Shown here: in pieces, positions 58,568-64,000 of the stretch | Position numbering within the stretch: the first letter of the stretch is position 1 | Layout of the letters: each line of letters starts with the position of its first letter | Assembly (NCBI GenBank): GCA_965198235.1 | Contig: OZ240248.1 | Span: 4,736,001 to 4,800,000 of the forward strand | Length of the DNA stretch: 64,000 bases | From: Candidatus Poribacteria bacterium | GTDB lineage: Bacteria; Poribacteria; WGA-4E; WGA-3G | Direction of reading: 5' to 3' | Program-made: the position numbers and the translations under genes | The notes under the pieces: model-generated | What the model was told of the DNA's origin: nothing | What the model saw: only the letters and a program-made list of their open reading frames with translations | The model's database searches: none

Positions 58568-59281
58568 TAGTGTTGTGTCAATCTTCTATTGATGGATATA
58601 GTTTCTTGAGTTTGATGCGGGCATCGTCAGTAGTAAACCGCCATTGGACAGTGGCACGCTTTTCATTTCTTTGGTTTTGCCATGCCTGAACCTCGCGTTT
58701 TAGGGTCTGTTGGTCGGGTATACGCCTCGAAAGACATTGCCGGCTTAGCACGGAAAGTTCAATCTCAGCGATATTCAACCAACTGCCATGCTTCGGGGTA
58801 TAGTGGAACTGAAGTTTTTCGGCAATACGCCTGGCTTGATGCGCTGGAAACGCTTTATATAACGAAGCCGGCTTATGCGTATTGAGATTGTCACAAACAA
58901 GCGTAATCTTTTGAGCATCTCGAAAGTGAACATCCACCAAATCTCGACAGATATGAGCAAAATCAACGCTCGTGCGTCTGTCAGTGACTTCAACATGTCG
59001 AAATCCCTGAAACGGAGCAAAAATCATAAACAGATTACTAACGCCATTGCGGGCGTATGCATAATCATGGCGACTCGGCATGCCTTGAGCAATGGGTAAA
59101 GGCTGCCGAGTTTCTTTGAGGTGTTGTTGACTCGTCTCATCAACACAAATTACAGGAGTGGCAGCCTCCTCGGGGCGATGGTAGATTTCTAAGACATCTT
59201 CCATCGCAGAGGTGAACTCAACCGAAGTCTCAGGATAACATCTTTCACATTAACTGTCAATACCATGTTGACGAGGCACTA
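58568..59281 (-). mobile_element. Internally deleted IS630 family element
   Basis: TA-flanked ends TAGTGTTGTGTCA / TGACGAGGCACTA; only ~710 bp long. Confidence 0.8.
58578..59204 (-). pseudogene. IS630 transposase catalytic (DDE) portion lacking the N-terminal HTH region
   Basis: VDET, CDNLNTH, YTPKHGSWLNIAEIE, WRFTTDDARIKLKKLYP. Confidence 0.85.
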
Positions 59282-59411
59282 AAACACCTCGCCGTTGGGC
59301 AAACGGAGAGTCTAAACGCTTGTGGAGTCTGAGTAAGACCTCCACGAGGGAGGCGTCGGATAATGAAGCAAGAATCAAAGAACCCCACTCCTTTAGGTGT
59401 GGGAGTTGTCA
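59282..59411 (+). mobile_element. Orphan IS605-type right end / TnpB omegaRNA scaffold
   Basis: ACGCTTGTGGAG...GAAGCAAGAA...CCCCACTCCTTTAGGTGTGGGAGTTGTCA; hairpin closely resembles the end at 55476-55505. Confidence 0.72.
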
Positions 59412-59439
59412 GTCATATACCACACCGAAAGGAAAATCA

Positions 59440-60162
59440 ATGAATTGTCTTGATTATGGACTTTCTTTTATCAACTCTGTTGGCAACGGGAATGCCCCCC
59501 GCTTTTGGGTCGAATCTCGATGCCGCATAATAGATAACACAGATGGAAGTTTCAGCGATTATTACCAATGTGGTTCGTGTAAGAGTGAACACACCTTTGC
59601 GGAGAAAAATCTCTTCATAAATCCAAACTATGACTTCCTCCCTGTTTTTGGCGAAGAACATATAGCAGTATTCAGAAGGCATGCTTACTGCAACGATAAC
59701 TACGTCGAGTATAGACCGGCGCGGGATTATTGGGGAGGCACCCTGTTTGATGTTCAAGAGGCATCGCCGGTCCGGGTCCTTGATAGCAACGCAGCCATTT
59801 TTGAGGCGACACAAAAATGTCTACCCATCGTAACGCACACAGAAATATGGGATACCAATACACATCAGCGGGCAATTATCGAGTGTCCGGTTAAAACGAT
59901 GAACATAGATGAAAACGCAGGCATCTACCAAGTTGATACCGGAATTGTTCTATTTCCAGATCTGTCAAAGCGATACGATCGGCAGATTGAGACGTTCAGC
60001 CTCGCTTACGTTGCTTTCAACGCACCGCACTTCGCTGACTTCGTTATCGAACGCCCCACTGCCATCATTGAAAATGGAGTGGAAGTTACCCAAGTTCACC
60101 ACTATTCCGAAATCCGGAGTTTAGAAGCAAAGAATACCGTGTTCTGCATCGGTGATTTTTGA
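59440..60162 (+). CDS. Hypothetical protein
   Basis: 240-aa ORF with AAAGGA RBS; CGSCKSEHTF motif. Confidence 0.72.
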   Translation: MNCLDYGLSFINSVGNGNAPRFWVESRCRIIDNTDGSFSDYYQCGSCKSEHTFAEKNLFINPNYDFLPVFGEEHIAVFRRHAYCNDNYVEYRPARDYWGGTLFDVQEASPVRVLDSNAAIFEATQKCLPIVTHTEIWDTNTHQRAIIECPVKTMNIDENAGIYQVDTGIVLFPDLSKRYDRQIETFSLAYVAFNAPHFADFVIERPTAIIENGVEVTQVHHYSEIRSLEAKNTVFCIGDF

Positions 60163-60303
60163 CAGACACTCCCATTTAGATAAATCTTCTTGCAAAAATT
60201 TTGGGCTCCGTTTATAATACCCGATTATAGCACCGAACCGGACATCAGATTTCAAACGGTGCTAATCACAACTCGCATGATCTTTACACGGAGGACCAAA
60301 AAC

Positions 60304-61629
60304 ATGAAAAGTGTTCGCATAAGTCTTGTCTTAGTGCTAATACTTGCACTTGCGTTTGTTAGTGCCTCGAAAGCGGATAACCACCAATCCCAATCCTTAA
60401 CCGTTGTCTGGGCAGAATGGGATCCGGCTAATTATTTGCAGGAACTCTCTAAGGACTTTACCACCGAAACCGGCATTGTTGTCGACGTCATCCAGATTCC
60501 GTGGCCGAATTTCCAAGATAAGGTCTTCACGGCTTTTGTCGGAAAGAGCGATCTTTACGACATTGTTATTGGCGATAGCCAATGGCTCGGTCGGAACTCT
60601 CAAGGTAGGAACTATATCAATTTAACGGATTGGATTAATGAGAATATAGATGTTGATTCTATCTATGGACCAGCGATGACAGCGTTTGCTGAGTATCCAA
60701 AAGGCAGCGGAACATACTGGGCATTACCTGCGGAGGTGGATGCTGCTGGGTACGTCTATCGGAAAGACCTATTTGAAGATCCGAACGAAATGAAGGCATT
60801 CCAAGCAAAGTATGGCTACGCGCTCGCTCCGCCGAAAACGTATGACCAACTCCGCGATATAGCCGAATTCTTCACGCGTCCGGATAAAGACCTCTATGGT
60901 ATTGCGACATGGTATAGCAAGGAATACGACGGCATTACGATGGGTTTCCAACAGGTAATGTGGAGTTTTGGCGGCGCATACGGCGATGCGGAAAGTCATA
61001 AAGTTGCCGGGTACATTAACACAGCGGAGGCTGTTAAAGCTCTTGAATTTTACACGGATTTGCTCCAGTTTGCCCCCCCTGATGCACCGAACTACTATTG
61101 GGCGGAGACGTTGAATGCCTATAACTCGGGTAAGGTCGCAATGGCGATGAACTACTTCGCCTTTTTCCCCGGCGTAGTAGACCCTAAATCGAATGCAATT
61201 TCTCACGACAAGAGTGGTTTCTTTATAGCGCCTTCTGGTCCGAAAGGGCATTATATCAGTATCGGTGGACAGGGTATGTCTATTTCTTCCTATTCTAAAA
61301 ACAAGGATCTCGCCAAGCAATACATGAAATGGTTTATGCAGAAACCAGTTCAGGAGAAATGGGCAGCACTCGGTGGGTTCACACCACACAAAGAGGTATT
61401 GCAGTCGGATACGTTTAAGACAGCGACCCCCTTTAACGAAGCTTTCGCCGCGAGTTTCCCGTACCTACGCGATTTCTGGGCAGTGCCGGAATATGCAGAG
61501 CTCTTAGAAGTTTGCCAGACAAATTGGAGTGAAGCCATCTCCAAAATCAAGTCTGCAAAGGATGCACTGGACTCCATCGCGCGGAAACATGAGGAAATCT
61601 TTGAGGACGCAGGCTATTACGACGAGTAA
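60304..61629 (+). CDS. Carbohydrate ABC transporter substrate-binding protein
   Basis: Signal peptide; FTTETGIVV, YVYRKDLF, PPKTYDQL, IGGQGMSI. Confidence 0.9.
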   Translation: MKSVRISLVLVLILALAFVSASKADNHQSQSLTVVWAEWDPANYLQELSKDFTTETGIVVDVIQIPWPNFQDKVFTAFVGKSDLYDIVIGDSQWLGRNSQGRNYINLTDWINENIDVDSIYGPAMTAFAEYPKGSGTYWALPAEVDAAGYVYRKDLFEDPNEMKAFQAKYGYALAPPKTYDQLRDIAEFFTRPDKDLYGIATWYSKEYDGITMGFQQVMWSFGGAYGDAESHKVAGYINTAEAVKALEFYTDLLQFAPPDAPNYYWAETLNAYNSGKVAMAMNYFAFFPGVVDPKSNAISHDKSGFFIAPSGPKGHYISIGGQGMSISSYSKNKDLAKQYMKWFMQKPVQEKWAALGGFTPHKEVLQSDTFKTATPFNEAFAASFPYLRDFWAVPEYAELLEVCQTNWSEAISKIKSAKDALDSIARKHEEIFEDAGYYDE

Positions 61630-61778
61630 AGATTGCGAGGGTGGAAACACGTTTCTATTGTCCTTCCATCCTCCATTCAAGTCACCATTCTTCCAAATCA
61701 TTTCATAAATTCTGCCTACAATCATTTGTCGCGCACGATGACAAGGAGACAGATCTCTATAACACAAGAGGTAGCACA

Positions 61779-62492
61779 ATGCAGAAACAGATTAAGGCAG
61801 CACCGACAATCGTTTATCCCGAATCAGATGGTAAACCAATGGCAGAAACCGATCAACATCGAAAACTCATGATGGATTTTATTTTCATGCTTGAAAACCA
61901 CTTTGAGGAGGTCAACGATGTGTATGTCTCCGGCAACCTACTGATATATTATGAAGAGGGCAACATCCACAAATCTGTGGCACCCGATGTGTTCGTTGTC
62001 TTCGGTGTTAGTAAGAAAGATCGGCGGACGTATCGGACATGGGAGGAGGGAGGCACTCCTGATTTCGTGTTGGAAGTGGCGAGTCCAAGCACGTATAATA
62101 AGGATATAACTGACAAGAAAGCACTGTATGCGTCTGTGTTAGGTGTTCGGGAGTATTACATCTATGACCCGTATGGAGAAGTCCAGCCACATTTTCAAGG
62201 GTATCGTCTCGTAGAGGGTAGGTATGAAACGATAGAACCTGTGGATAGCCGTTTACCGTCCCTTGTGCTCGGTTTGGAATTAGGGGAGCGTGATGGGATT
62301 CTGAGTCTCTACGATGCGAAGCGTTCGGCATGGGTTTCCCCACCGAAGACACGAGTATCAGAGGCGGAGACGCGCGCTGAAAATGCCGAAACACGCGCGA
62401 CACGAGACGCGCAGGCCCGGCAACACGCCGAAACGGAACTTGCCAAAGCTTTGGAAATTATTGAACAGCTGAAAGAAAAAACGGTGGACTAA
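61779..62492 (+). CDS. Uma2 (DUF820) family endonuclease-like protein
   Basis: YPESDGKPMAET, APDVFV, PDFVLEVASPST, GVREYYIYDP; coiled-coil tail. Confidence 0.9.
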   Translation: MQKQIKAAPTIVYPESDGKPMAETDQHRKLMMDFIFMLENHFEEVNDVYVSGNLLIYYEEGNIHKSVAPDVFVVFGVSKKDRRTYRTWEEGGTPDFVLEVASPSTYNKDITDKKALYASVLGVREYYIYDPYGEVQPHFQGYRLVEGRYETIEPVDSRLPSLVLGLELGERDGILSLYDAKRSAWVSPPKTRVSEAETRAENAETRATRDAQARQHAETELAKALEIIEQLKEKTVD

Positions 62493-62601
62493 CGAACCTC
62501 TTCCTACCGGAAAGGCACATCGCTTGATGATGACGACAAATCAAATTAAGTTTTGTCCGGTAGAGGACAATTAGGGATATACTGAAACCTCCTCAGATAA
62601 T

Positions 62602-63522
62602 ATGCTAACCAACCACCCCCATCGAACGTCGCGCGGGATGAGCGACTATCAATTGAAGATGGCATTTATCATGCCCACCATGATTTTGCTCATCTTGATG
62701 AACATCTTTCCACTGCTGTGGTCGCTGTACTTGAGTTTCCATCGCTACAAAGCCTCGATGCCTGTTGCCCCGAAATTTATCGGTGTCCGTAATTATTCAC
62801 GCCTCCTCGCCGATCCAGATATCTGGGGTTATTTTCAAACCACTGCCTATTTTGTGATCCTTGCGGTATCAGCGCAATTCTTTATCGGATTCGGATTGGC
62901 GTTGCTCCTGAATCGGGACTTCCGGTATAAAGGCTTCGTCACAACGCTGCTTCTGCTACCGATGATGCTATCGCCTGTGGTCGTTGGGCTCTTTTGGCGC
63001 TTTATCCTCTCTTCAGATAACGCCGGTTTACTAAACTTTTTCCTCAGCCCCTTTTTAAAGTCGCCTATCGGGTGGACCACCAATCCAAAGGTAGCAATGT
63101 TAGCGGTTGTCATTGTGGATACATGGATGTGGTCTCCATTCATGATGTTGATTGCCTTGGCGGGACTGAGCGCAGTTCCGAAATCTCTCTACGAGGCTGC
63201 TGATGTCGATAGAGCCTCCGCTTGGTTCAAGTTTCGATGGATTACCCTCCCGTTAGTATCCCCGCTTTTACTGATTGCCCTTCTGTTCAGAACAATGGAT
63301 GCCTTCAAGATGTTTGACATCGTCTATGTGCTTACACGTGAGGGTGGACCTGGCACTGCCACGGAAACTGTATCAATGAACCTCTATAAACTCGCTTTTC
63401 GGAACTACAACACCGGTAAAGCGTGTGCGATGGCGTATATTCTGCTCATCATTATCGTTGCCCTGAGCAATATCTACGTAAAATACCTCAATCGCGTCAA
63501 AGGGGAGACACAGGAGACCTAA
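62602..63522 (+). CDS. Carbohydrate ABC transporter permease (MalF-like)
   Basis: LYEAADVDRAS EAA loop; TM helices. Confidence 0.9.
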   Translation: MLTNHPHRTSRGMSDYQLKMAFIMPTMILLILMNIFPLLWSLYLSFHRYKASMPVAPKFIGVRNYSRLLADPDIWGYFQTTAYFVILAVSAQFFIGFGLALLLNRDFRYKGFVTTLLLLPMMLSPVVVGLFWRFILSSDNAGLLNFFLSPFLKSPIGWTTNPKVAMLAVVIVDTWMWSPFMMLIALAGLSAVPKSLYEAADVDRASAWFKFRWITLPLVSPLLLIALLFRTMDAFKMFDIVYVLTREGGPGTATETVSMNLYKLAFRNYNTGKACAMAYILLIIIVALSNIYVKYLNRVKGETQET

Positions 63523-64000
63523 TGCGGCGTCGGAAAAGTTTTGTCCACTACCTCATATTGGTGTTTATTGCTGTGGCTGTGGTTGTCTATATCACCCCGA
63601 TTTACTGGATTTTGGTGACCTCTCTGAAAAGGCTGGCAGACATTACCACAAAACTTCCGAAGTTTGTTTTTGATATATCGTTAGAGAACTATCAGAAGTT
63701 GATGCCTTCAGAAGGTGTGGCAGATGTAACATATCTGTTTTTAGGCGAGGTGTTTGTGGGATTATTGCTGTTCGGTTTCTTCTCGCTTTTTAATGTGAGG
63801 TGGTTACCCCGTGCTTTGTCGCTCCGAAATCTCGGCTTAATCTGGAACAGCATTTTCGTTTTAACGTGTCTCTATAGTTTTCTGACGCTGCAACCGCTGC
63901 AGAGTCGTCTCCAGACGGATGCCCGTTTCAACTTTCTGCTACTCATTTTAGGCACAATTATAGCCTATCTCCTGATTGTCCCGTGGAAAAAGTCTGGAGG
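63522..64000 (+). CDS. Second carbohydrate ABC permease (MalG-like), 3'-truncated by window edge
   Basis: ATG overlaps the previous stop; PIYWILVTSLK...SLENY; frame open to the window end. Confidence 0.75.
   Translation, partial: MRRRKSFVHYLILVFIAVAVVVYITPIYWILVTSLKRLADITTKLPKFVFDISLENYQKLMPSEGVADVTYLFLGEVFVGLLLFGFFSLFNVRWLPRALSLRNLGLIWNSIFVLTCLYSFLTLQPLQSRLQTDARFNFLLLILGTIIAYLLIVPWKKSG

Noticed and set aside
59320-59439. N-terminal extension of the 59440 ORF
   Set aside because: Translates the orphan IS605 right end; the RBS supports ATG at 59440

Overview
Bacterial chromosomal window, most likely from Candidatus Poribacteria. This is an inference from three PhyH-family dioxygenases, a secreted protein ending in VDPKAKLTTTWGRIK, ECF sigma factors, and serpin, FG-GAP and TPR/HEAT proteins. 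Housekeeping genes include tmk-holB-metG, an AddB-like nuclease, sodA, T-box-controlled ilvB-ilvN-ilvC, mtnA, recJ-rel, rpmB, a ferredoxin and ABC transporters. Mobile DNA includes a complete IS200/IS605 element (tnpA+tnpB), an internally deleted IS630, an orphan TnpB right end and several short repeat families. No tRNA, rRNA or CRISPR array was seen. Most notable: (1) a bidirectional promoter at ~21222-21254 with a ~500-nt ORF-less, extensively base-paired candidate ncRNA on its left; (2) on its right, an ORF-less omegaRNA/HEARO-like element that appears inserted between the RBS and ATG of a dioxygenase gene; (3) a cold-shock domain fused to one clear and one probable Hfq/Sm-like domain, with a long leader; (4) a Leu T-box riboswitch. 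All calls come from reading the sequence by eye; no searches or folding programs were run.
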